DNA of 64,000 nucleotides from Cyclobacteriaceae bacterium (GTDB lineage Bacteria > Bacteroidota > Bacteroidia > Cytophagales > Cyclobacteriaceae), in contig JALHOT010000006.1 of the NCBI GenBank assembly GCA_022842845.1, forward strand, positions 110,526 to 174,525, in the 5' to 3' direction. The notes under the pieces were generated by a model that did not search any database, was not told the origin of the DNA, and saw nothing but the letters and a program-made list of their open reading frames with translations. Of the stretch, positions 29,472 to 37,496 are shown one piece after another (the stretch's first letter is position 1; each line of letters opens with the position of its first letter). The translations under genes and the position numbers were made by a program.

Positions 29472-29909
29472 TTAATAAATTTTATATTCATTACTTTGTG
29501 AAAAACGAACTGTCATTGTTCCGGTCTTGGCATCAAACTTTGCAGATCGACTTTGTATTCCTCCAACATCTTGTGCAGCGATATAAATTCTTTGTTGAAT
29601 GAGCTGCTCAAGTACTGAGCTTGCATTTTGGGCACCTACTTCATAGCCTGTAGCGATAACATTTGCACCCCCCACCACTTTGGCTCTCAAATTAAGCAGG
29701 TCGCTGCCCAAAGCCTTAAACTGTTTTAGTAGTTCTGCAACAACGGTTGGTACATGTTGTGGAAGCAATATGTGAGCTCCTCCAGAAATACCAGTTTGGC
29801 GATCTTGGAGAAATAAACCAATACAAGAACCAAGCCCCAAACAATTGTATGTTGTTTCTTCATGGTTACTAACTACCAACTCATCAATATTTAATTTATA
29901 CTCCGTCAT
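29472..29909 (-). CDS. cheD: Chemoreceptor glutamine deamidase CheD
   Basis: GLGSCIG (catalytic Cys), GAHILLP (His), AKVVGGA, DVGG..SR motifs. Confidence 0.88.
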   Translation of the reverse strand: MTEYKLNIDELVVSNHEETTYNCLGLGSCIGLFLQDRQTGISGGAHILLPQHVPTVVAELLKQFKALGSDLLNLRAKVVGGANVIATGYEVGAQNASSVLEQLIQQRIYIAAQDVGGIQSRSAKFDAKTGTMTVRFSQSNEYKIY

Positions 29910-30418
29910 GCTGCAGTTGCCTTCTTCAAGTTTGTCGTTAACTCCTGATCTACCACTTTAAAGATGTCAATCAGAATAATTAAGCGCTCACCGGTTTTGA
30001 TAATGCCTTTGATATAATTTACCTCAGCATTAGCATCTGCGATGATACCCACTGACTCATCAAGGTCATTGGCATTGACTGAAATTGTATTGGGTACTTC
30101 ATTGACCAGAAGGCCCATCTTTAAATCCTCGCTTTCTACCACAAGCGTATAGCGCTTGCCTGAAAGTTGCGTTTCAGTTCTTTGCAAGTTGAATCGTTCT
30201 TCTAAATCAAAAATGGCAATTACATTTCCTCTAATATTGGCCACACCCTTCACATAATGCGGTGTTTGTGGCATTTTCGTAATATTAGGCGTAATGACTA
30301 CCTCTTTAATCTGATCGATTCTTAATCCATATTCTTCCTGACCCAATTTAAAAACTACAATCTGCAGTGTTCTTTGGGTATTGTTTTCAGTTTGTTTTGA
30401 TGCAGTTACTTCGGCCAT
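29906..30418 (-). CDS. cheW: Chemotaxis adaptor CheW
   Basis: VVFKLGQEEYGL, PHYVKGVANIRGNVI. Confidence 0.95.
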   Translation of the reverse strand: MAEVTASKQTENNTQRTLQIVVFKLGQEEYGLRIDQIKEVVITPNITKMPQTPHYVKGVANIRGNVIAIFDLEERFNLQRTETQLSGKRYTLVVESEDLKMGLLVNEVPNTISVNANDLDESVGIIADANAEVNYIKGIIKTGERLIILIDIFKVVDQELTTNLKKATAA

Positions 30419-30446
30419 ACCTAATTATTTAAGGGTTTATCGATCG

Positions 30447-30490
30447 AGGTCATCATCCATCGATTGTTAACACAACCGATGGATGCACCT
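30447..30490. other. Strong intergenic stem-loop between the MCP gene and cheW, without a U-tract
   Basis: CATCCATCG...CGATGGATG perfect 9-bp arms, inner TTGT/ACAA and outer AGGT/ACCT pairs. Confidence 0.6.
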
Positions 30491-30498
30491 GAGCCTTT

Positions 30499-33099
30499 TT
30501 ACTTTCTTAGTTTAAACTGTTGAATTCCTGCTTGTAGTTCGGCAGCTACCGCAGATAGTTCATCACCCGCTTTAGCTATTTCCAACATACCAGAACTCAT
30601 CTGCTGGCTTGAGCTTGCCACTTGCTGTGTACCGGCAGCTGTCTCTTCAGATACCACTACGATCTGTTCTATGTTCTTCACAACAGTAGAGATAGCTTCC
30701 TTCTGTGTGCTGGTGGCTGATTGAATCTCTTTAGAAGAAGAGAAGGTTTCTTCACTCGTTTTGGCTATTTCCTGGAATATAACCTCAGCTTCAACGCTTG
30801 ACTTATTACCTTCCTTCACGCTGCTTTCCATGATTTCGATTGCCTTACCAGCAGCCTGTGTATCTTTCTGCACATCACCGATAATCTTCTCAATCTCTAC
30901 AGCAGATCTTCTGGAATCTTCTGCCAATTTTCTAATCTCTTCAGCCACCACTGCAAATCCACGGCCTGCATCTCCGGCTCTCGCTGCTTCAATGGCTGCA
31001 TTCAAAGCCAGTAAATTAGTTTGGCTGGCAATGTCAGTTATTACGTTCAGGGTACGGCCGATCTCCTCGGTACGTTTAGTGAGTACACTGATTGATTGTG
31101 AAGTCTGTCCGGCTGAATCCTTTATACCATTCATGTTGTTAACAAGTACTTTTACAGTTCTCATACCCTGGTTAGAACTTTCTAATCCTTTCTCAGCCGC
31201 TTTGTTAATCAGATTAGCCTTTTTCTCCATGTCATTTGAAGAACTCATCACATGGTTAATCAATTTAGAAGACTCATCAGTGCGAGAAGCCTGATCTTGC
31301 GCTCCTTTTGCCATTTGAGAAATGGCTGTAGCTACTTCGGCAGTATTACGCTTCATGTCATCTGTCTTTTTCTGCAAGAGATCAGAAGATTTAGCCACTA
31401 CATCTGAACCCTGGCTGATTTGCCCTAACACTGAGTTTAGATTATCAAGTGTTCTATTTACCTCGGCAGTCAAACCTCCATTATCAACTGCAGTGTTACA
31501 ACGTAGACTTAAGTCACCTTTCGACATGGCCTTGATGACGCGAATTACTTCAGTCATGTCCAATGCATACTTCACAACCTTATAGGGTTTGCCATCAGCA
31601 TCTTTGATAGGATTATAAGAGGCCTGAATATAAATCTCATCACCACTCTTCGTAATGCGCGTATAGGTTCCTACAAAATACTCACCACGGTTCAACGTAT
31701 CCCAGAAACTTCTGTATTCGGAACTCCGCGCATATTCAGGATCAACAAACATGCGATGGTGTTTACCTTTTAGTTCATTAATAGTATAACCAAGGGTCTT
31801 TAAGAAGTTATCGTTGGCATCAATGATCGTTCCGTCCATATTGAAGGAGATAACCGCGTTTGACATACCAATGGCTGCCAGTTGTCCTTCATAATCAATA
31901 TTTTTAAGTTTTTGTGCGGTGATGTCGTTCGCAAGCTTTATAACTTTTATGACATTGCCTTTATCATCTTTCATGGGCGTATAATTCGCCTGAAGCCAGA
32001 TGTCATTTCCATCCTTTGTCTTACGCTTAAACTCACCTGTTTGAGGATGACCATTTCTTAGGTTTACCCAAAGTTGTTGATATGCCTGGGAGCTCACGTA
32101 TGCAGGATCGCAAAAAATACGGTGATGTTTACCTTGAATCTCATCAAGGGTATACTTCATCGTATTTAAAAAAAGATCATTTGCCTTAATAACATTTCCA
32201 TCAGGTGTAAATTCGATATAGGCGTTAACAGCATTGATGGCACTCATGGTACCTTCTAATTCTTGCTGTTTCACCACTTGCTCTGTGATAACATAGCGTA
32301 CACCAATGTACTTGATCGGTTTACCATTAGGTCCCAAAACAGGAGCAATCAAAGCATCCACCCAATAAGCTGATCCATCTTTACATCTGTTCTTGATAAT
32401 GCCTCTGAATATCTTACCCTTTCCAATAGTAGCCCACAACTCCTTGAACACACTCTTAGGCATATCAGGATGACGGAACATGCTATGCGGTTGGCCGATA
32501 CACTCCTCGCGAGTATACTGCGATACCTCACACAATAAATCGTTAACATAAGTAATGTCTCCTTTTAGGTCGGCTTCAGAAACCACACATGCCACATTAA
32601 TCTGATCCATGCGGGTTTTTAGCTCTCGCTGCAAATCTTCAAGTTCCAAAGTGGACTTCTTTTGAACTGTAACATCCTTTACGTATAAAGTGCTTTGCAC
32701 TCTATCACCCGCAACAGCCTTTGTCACAGAAACTGCACACCAGAAACTATCTGATACACCACGCTTAACTTGCAATTCAACTTCTTCTCCACTCGATAAG
32801 GCTTGAATTTTAATTACTTGCTCTGGTGCAAATAAGGCAGATAAAGAATTACCAATTATCTGATTCTTATCTACTGCAAAAAGTGTAGCAGCCGATTTAT
32901 TAATGCTCAATAGCTGACCACCCTGATCAAACGTAATAATACCATCTACTGCCTGATCGTAAGCATCCACCTGTGCTTTCAATAAGTTTTCAATCTCGGT
33001 TAAGCGTTTACGAATCTCAGTAGAAGACTCTGACTTTGCAGCAGGGGCACTTCCTCCAGTACCACCATTTTCCTTATCCTGATAATAATTTGGTTTCAT
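30499..33099 (-). CDS. Soluble multi-PAS methyl-accepting chemotaxis protein, 44-heptad class
   Basis: No TM; four PAS domains, one with RHPDMP; hairpin tip [34 protein letters not shown]; manual count gives about 22 heptads per arm. Confidence 0.93.
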   Translation of the reverse strand: MKPNYYQDKENGGTGGSAPAAKSESSTEIRKRLTEIENLLKAQVDAYDQAVDGIITFDQGGQLLSINKSAATLFAVDKNQIIGNSLSALFAPEQVIKIQALSSGEEVELQVKRGVSDSFWCAVSVTKAVAGDRVQSTLYVKDVTVQKKSTLELEDLQRELKTRMDQINVACVVSEADLKGDITYVNDLLCEVSQYTREECIGQPHSMFRHPDMPKSVFKELWATIGKGKIFRGIIKNRCKDGSAYWVDALIAPVLGPNGKPIKYIGVRYVITEQVVKQQELEGTMSAINAVNAYIEFTPDGNVIKANDLFLNTMKYTLDEIQGKHHRIFCDPAYVSSQAYQQLWVNLRNGHPQTGEFKRKTKDGNDIWLQANYTPMKDDKGNVIKVIKLANDITAQKLKNIDYEGQLAAIGMSNAVISFNMDGTIIDANDNFLKTLGYTINELKGKHHRMFVDPEYARSSEYRSFWDTLNRGEYFVGTYTRITKSGDEIYIQASYNPIKDADGKPYKVVKYALDMTEVIRVIKAMSKGDLSLRCNTAVDNGGLTAEVNRTLDNLNSVLGQISQGSDVVAKSSDLLQKKTDDMKRNTAEVATAISQMAKGAQDQASRTDESSKLINHVMSSSNDMEKKANLINKAAEKGLESSNQGMRTVKVLVNNMNGIKDSAGQTSQSISVLTKRTEEIGRTLNVITDIASQTNLLALNAAIEAARAGDAGRGFAVVAEEIRKLAEDSRRSAVEIEKIIGDVQKDTQAAGKAIEIMESSVKEGNKSSVEAEVIFQEIAKTSEETFSSSKEIQSATSTQKEAISTVVKNIEQIVVVSEETAAGTQQVASSSQQMSSGMLEIAKAGDELSAVAAELQAGIQQFKLRK

Positions 33100-33133
33100 A
33101 AATCTTGATTTAACGATGTGTGTCTAGTTTAAT

Positions 33134-33301
33134 TTATAAGAGGCCTGCGGCATGTCCGATCATTACCAGGAACCAGGCAAGAGAGTATATAATAAAGAGT
33201 ATAGGGATAGTCCATGCAGCTATTACCAGAAACTGAATAAACCCTGAGCGCAGTGGCATCCATGTTTTATTGAGTCTGATCAATAGGGCCTTGTTCATCA
33301 T
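33134..33301 (-). CDS. 55-aa hydrophobic membrane peptide (not in the ORF track)
   Basis: Manual translation MMNKALLIRLNKTWMPLRSGFIQFLVIAAWTIPILFIIYSLAWFLVMIGHAAGLL*. The ATG lies 2 nt after the upstream stop, and the ORF fills the gap before the MCP. Confidence 0.7.
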   Translation of the reverse strand: MMNKALLIRLNKTWMPLRSGFIQFLVIAAWTIPILFIIYSLAWFLVMIGHAAGLL

Positions 33302-33303
33302 AA

Positions 33304-33828
33304 TTAGTTAAGACAAGTATGGTGAAAATCGAAATCGCTCACAGTGGGATATTTGATGACTGTAAGTTGCCTTGTTTGCCAGGTGTAGGGTCTTTGAGAA
33401 AATTGAATAAGCTCATTACCTTCTTTAATTAGCTTCTGTATTACAGGCCCCAAACTATCAGCCACCTCACCTTGTTGCTCAGCTCTTTCCAGCATCTCTT
33501 TGCGCACCATCGCATTTGTGTTAGTCCAACGCTCACCCTTCATGATTTTATAAAAAAGTGTTCTGGATGCTTGCGTAGATTTGCAAAAGCTTACAACAGC
33601 AGCATCATCGGCAAATGACCGAATTGCTTGTAGGAGTAATTGAGAAGACTTACCAACAGTTATGATTAATAAATGATGTTGATGGCTCATCATCATTACT
33701 TCATGATAATATGTACTCAAACCACCGAGATAAGCCAATACCTGCGTTTCATTGAAATTAGCCTTATGTCGAAGTTGATGAGGTATCAAATTCAGGTCAA
33801 TTTCTGCCGATGTAATAATAGCCTCCAT
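33304..33828 (-). CDS. Hypothetical protein, first gene of the che operon
   Basis: 174-aa ORF on the same strand, downstream of a terminator and a regulatory motif; no recognisable motif. Confidence 0.7.
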   Translation of the reverse strand: MEAIITSAEIDLNLIPHQLRHKANFNETQVLAYLGGLSTYYHEVMMMSHQHHLLIITVGKSSQLLLQAIRSFADDAAVVSFCKSTQASRTLFYKIMKGERWTNTNAMVRKEMLERAEQQGEVADSLGPVIQKLIKEGNELIQFSQRPYTWQTRQLTVIKYPTVSDFDFHHTCLN

Positions 33829-33923
33829 ACCTGTTGTTTTTTATGTAAAGATGGCTTTGATCCTAGCGTAACTCAATCCGCGAATACTTGTATTTTAATC
33901 TCCTGTTATCTACCGAAAATCAA

Positions 33924-33939
33924 TCAGTAGAACTACGTA
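33924..33939. promoter_or_regulatory. 16-bp pseudo-palindromic operator, copy 1 (TCAGTAGAACTACGTA)
   Basis: About 96 bp upstream of the che operon start; 15/16 identical to the reverse complement of the copy at 49190. Confidence 0.7.
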
Positions 33940-33974
33940 GTGCTGCTTGTCATTTTTGAATGAACTGTATGGGC

Positions 33975-34012
33975 AAAAAAATAGCGCCACTCCCCAACAG
34001 AGAATGACGCTA
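33975..34012 (-). terminator. Intrinsic terminator after the PAS kinase
   Basis: Minus strand TAGCGTCATTCTC-tgttg-GGGAGTGGCGCTA followed by T7. Confidence 0.85.
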
Positions 34013-34044
34013 GTTCCTAACCTCCTAAAACAATATTTATATGT

Positions 34045-35229
34045 TTATTCAGACTGATTAAGCAGCTTTTTTCGATTGATCAACTTACCCTTAGGACTAT
34101 TGGGAATATATACCTTGAAAACACTTCCGAAACCCACTTCAGAATTAAGACTTATGTTTCCTCCTAATTGCTCTACCCCTTCTTTCGCTATATACAAGCC
34201 TAAACCTGCGCCTTTAGAATGCACGGAGGCCTTGTAAAACATATTAAAGATCGATTCAAAATACTGTTTGGCAATACCAATACCATTGTCGTGTATTTCA
34301 ATCAATACTGCATCGGAGGTAACCTCCGTAGTAATGTTTATAAATGAGTGTGCTTTATTGACATCGACAAACTGAATGGCATTTCTGATCAGGTTATCCA
34401 AAACAATTTCAATTCTATCTGAATCGTTATAAAATAAACTTGATCCCCTGACACTCACTTGGATTTTGATTTTTCCGAAGCTTTCATCTCCGCAATGGTT
34501 ATTGATAATTTTCCAAATCAATGATTCAAAATCAATCTTTTCACTATGAATATTTTTATAAGTTGTTTTAGAGAAACTTATAATGTCATGAATGATTTTG
34601 TCTAACTTATGAGTACTGGTCTCAATTTTATCTGCATACTCTACCAAAGTATTATCTTTCGAATCCATTCTGATAAGATTGACTAAGCCCATAATCGTAG
34701 TTAATGGCGCCCGTAAATCATGGGAGGTGCTATATAGAAACTTCTCCATCTGATGGTTAATCTTGGCCAGCTGTTGGTTTTTCAACTCCAGGTTCTGCTC
34801 AAAAGCCACCCTTTCAGAAATATCAAGAGCAGTCCAGTTAATCATGGGTTCTCCCAGTTCGTTAGTTTGTATTTGAACATTCACAAGGGCGACAATCTTC
34901 TTTCCACTTAAGGATTTGAAGTTAACAGCTAAACCCTGCACCCGATGTTCGCGTATTACACGGCTCTTTAATTTTTCGTATTCGGAGGGATCATGAAAAA
35001 GATCAGCAATAATAAATCCTTTGGCTCTTTTGTACTGGTTGAATCCAAAAGTTTCTACAAAAAGTCTGTTGCTGAACTGGAGTTGATCTTGTAGGGAGGA
35101 GCGAAAGATGATTTCAAAAGTATTATCAACAAACGAGCGATATAGGTTACGGAGTCTTAGGGCCTGCTTCCTGCGCTCTAAATCCTCCTCACTGCCATCT
35201 TTAATTAAATCTTGGTTCACCGCAATCAT
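34045..35229 (-). CDS. Cytoplasmic PAS sensor histidine kinase (HisKA)
   Basis: PAS, H-box SHDLRAPL, N box NLIRNAI, G1 DNGIGI, G2 GAGLGL. Confidence 0.92.
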   Translation of the reverse strand: MIAVNQDLIKDGSEEDLERRKQALRLRNLYRSFVDNTFEIIFRSSLQDQLQFSNRLFVETFGFNQYKRAKGFIIADLFHDPSEYEKLKSRVIREHRVQGLAVNFKSLSGKKIVALVNVQIQTNELGEPMINWTALDISERVAFEQNLELKNQQLAKINHQMEKFLYSTSHDLRAPLTTIMGLVNLIRMDSKDNTLVEYADKIETSTHKLDKIIHDIISFSKTTYKNIHSEKIDFESLIWKIINNHCGDESFGKIKIQVSVRGSSLFYNDSDRIEIVLDNLIRNAIQFVDVNKAHSFINITTEVTSDAVLIEIHDNGIGIAKQYFESIFNMFYKASVHSKGAGLGLYIAKEGVEQLGGNISLNSEVGFGSVFKVYIPNSPKGKLINRKKLLNQSE

Positions 35230-35301
35230 ATCTGCCCGATTTCACAACAAAGTTGGATCAGAAAAGCAGTGTAATCAATACAAAGAATTCAGGAATTTTA
35301 A

Positions 35302-35317
35302 TGGGTATAAATACGTA
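35302..35317. promoter_or_regulatory. 16-bp operator, copy 2 (TGGGTATAAATACGTA)
   Basis: About 73 bp upstream of the 35229 start; matches TnnGTAnAAnTACGTA. Confidence 0.55.
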
Positions 35318-35332
35318 GGTAATGTGTTACAC

Positions 35333-35986
35333 TTAGTTGATGATTTGTAACTGCCTTGCCTTCTTTACCAATTCGATAGCATTTTTTACAGTAAACTTTT
35401 TCATCAGGTTGGCTCGATGCGTCTCGACCGTACGCGGGCTGATGAATAATTTATCAGCCATTTGCTGACTAGTCAACCCTTCATCAATGAGTTGTATAAT
35501 CTCAACTTCTCTATTGGTGAGCTTCACTATTTCCTCGGGTTGTCTTTTACGCGTAACATTTTGCTTATACTTAGTCAAAATAACTTCTTGCACCTTCTGA
35601 CTGAAATATGTCTTGCCTTGTAAAATAGCCCGAACGGCATACTCTAATTCTTGTCCACTTTCGCTTTTCACTACATATCCTTTCACACCACTTTCAATAC
35701 AACGGCTTATGTAGTCCTCATCGTCATACATGGACAGCATGAGGATATTAGCATTGCTATCCATGTCAAGCACTTTTTTGGCAGCATCCATACCATTCAT
35801 GTCGGGCATGGAAATATCTAAGATTAAAAGATTGGGTTTAAGGGCAGCATATTTGTCAATGGCTTCCTGGCCATTAGATGCTTCGCCCACTACATGAAAA
35901 TCCTTTGCCTGTTTTAAAAGATTCTTTACGCCTTCACGAATCATCGCGTGGTCATCTGCCAATACTATCGTATACTTATTAGACAT
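35333..35986 (-). CDS. NarL/FixJ-family response regulator (REC + LuxR HTH)
   Basis: LADDH, LDISMP, GYVVK; HTH LTNREVEIIQLIDEGLTSQQMADKLFISPRTVETHRANLMKK. Confidence 0.95.
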   Translation of the reverse strand: MSNKYTIVLADDHAMIREGVKNLLKQAKDFHVVGEASNGQEAIDKYAALKPNLLILDISMPDMNGMDAAKKVLDMDSNANILMLSMYDDEDYISRCIESGVKGYVVKSESGQELEYAVRAILQGKTYFSQKVQEVILTKYKQNVTRKRQPEEIVKLTNREVEIIQLIDEGLTSQQMADKLFISPRTVETHRANLMKKFTVKNAIELVKKARQLQIIN

Positions 35987-35999
35987 TCAATTTTCCATT

Positions 36000-37400
36000 T
36001 TATTTGATCGGTACTTCTGCAATAATAAGCGTTCCCCGCTTATTATCACTCTCGATGGTCAATTTACCACCCATCATTTCAGTACGTTCGCGCATATTAA
36101 CAAGGCCATGGTGCGGCTTCCCATCATTCACAGGTTTGATTCCAATGCCATTGTCTTCCACTATGAGTCTTATGTTCTCCTGATTACTCATCAGTTGGAG
36201 ACTGATGGTGCTGGCTTGTGCATGTCGTATAGCATTGTTAATAGCCTCTTGTGCAATTCTATAGAAATTCACCTTTTGATTCTGCTCAACTGCCGGCACC
36301 TCACCTGTTTGTTGAAAGGTAACAGCTACGGTTAATGTTTCATGGATCTGCTTGCAGAGCGACTTTAAGCAGGTACTCAGATCAAAATCTTTCAGCTTAG
36401 AGGGTAAGAGATTTTCTGAAATTCTTACAGATTCTTGTATGGCCTCATCCATCAATTTACTGATATCAACAGCTTTGTTTTTATCACTCACAAGCATATT
36501 GATATTCATTTTAATAGCATTGAGCATTTGACCCAAGCCATCATGCAGATCTTTGGCGATACGGCTGCGCTCCTTTTCCTGGCCTTCAATTAAGGCAGCC
36601 ACCCGTGTATTTTCAAATTCTCGCAGCAAGCGGGCATGTTCTACCTTCTCCGTTAAGTCTTTAAACACCAACACATAACCAATTTGCTCTCCCCTTTTAT
36701 CAGTAATGGTACTAATGGTTCCATCTCCGATGGGTATTAACTTATTCTTTAACCGCAAAGATAAGCCCACCTGCAGGGTGTTGACTTCCTTCCCTAAAAC
36801 ACATTGAATAGGGTTTACCGGAAAATCTAAAGTCGTATCGTTTTGCAGAGGTAATATTTCTGTAATACTTTTTCCAATTGCAGTTTCCAGCTGCACAGCG
36901 GTAAGACTTTCGGCCGCAGTATTGAGGTAGGTTACATTAAACTGACTATCTACAATAACCAGGGCATCGCTCATGGCACGCACCGTAGCGTAATATTTCT
37001 CTTCGCTCTTTCTCAGTCTTGACTCAATATCATGCTTGTATAAAGCCATTTCAAGCACCGTAAAAATTTCCCGATCTTCAAAAGGCTTGGTTAAATAGCC
37101 ATAAGGCTCCGTTATTTTAGCGCGCTGGATGGTATCCTTATCGGTAAGGGCAGTGATGTAAATGACAGGAAGATTAAATCTGGTTTTGATTACACCTGCG
37201 GTTTGTATACCATCGATTTCACCGTTGAGCATGATATCCATCAATACTAAATCAGGCTTGGTGTGCTCCAGAAACTGGAGCGCCTTTTCTCCAGCATCCA
37301 GTATACCATAAACATGGTATCCTTCGCTCTCCAAAGTTTTTTGAAGGTGATAGGCAACAATAAAGGAGTCCTCTACAATCAGGATACCAGCTTTAGACAT
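36000..37400 (-). CDS. Hybrid REC-PAS-HisKA_3 sensor kinase
   Basis: N-terminal REC (MDIML), PAS, H-box ERSRIAKDLHDGLGQ, RIAQEAINNA, EDNGIG, GLVNMRER. Confidence 0.92.
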   Translation of the reverse strand: MSKAGILIVEDSFIVAYHLQKTLESEGYHVYGILDAGEKALQFLEHTKPDLVLMDIMLNGEIDGIQTAGVIKTRFNLPVIYITALTDKDTIQRAKITEPYGYLTKPFEDREIFTVLEMALYKHDIESRLRKSEEKYYATVRAMSDALVIVDSQFNVTYLNTAAESLTAVQLETAIGKSITEILPLQNDTTLDFPVNPIQCVLGKEVNTLQVGLSLRLKNKLIPIGDGTISTITDKRGEQIGYVLVFKDLTEKVEHARLLREFENTRVAALIEGQEKERSRIAKDLHDGLGQMLNAIKMNINMLVSDKNKAVDISKLMDEAIQESVRISENLLPSKLKDFDLSTCLKSLCKQIHETLTVAVTFQQTGEVPAVEQNQKVNFYRIAQEAINNAIRHAQASTISLQLMSNQENIRLIVEDNGIGIKPVNDGKPHHGLVNMRERTEMMGGKLTIESDNKRGTLIIAEVPIK

Positions 37401-37496
37401 AGTGAGGGGTCAAATATTTAAACTAAACTAAATATATATAAACATGTGTGATTACATAATTCGTCATTATAAAACTTGACAATAATCAGTTGAATA

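Noticed and set aside
37440-37460. Weak operator-like sequence upstream of the hybrid kinase (CATGTGTGATTACATA)
   Set aside because: Only about half the positions match the consensus.
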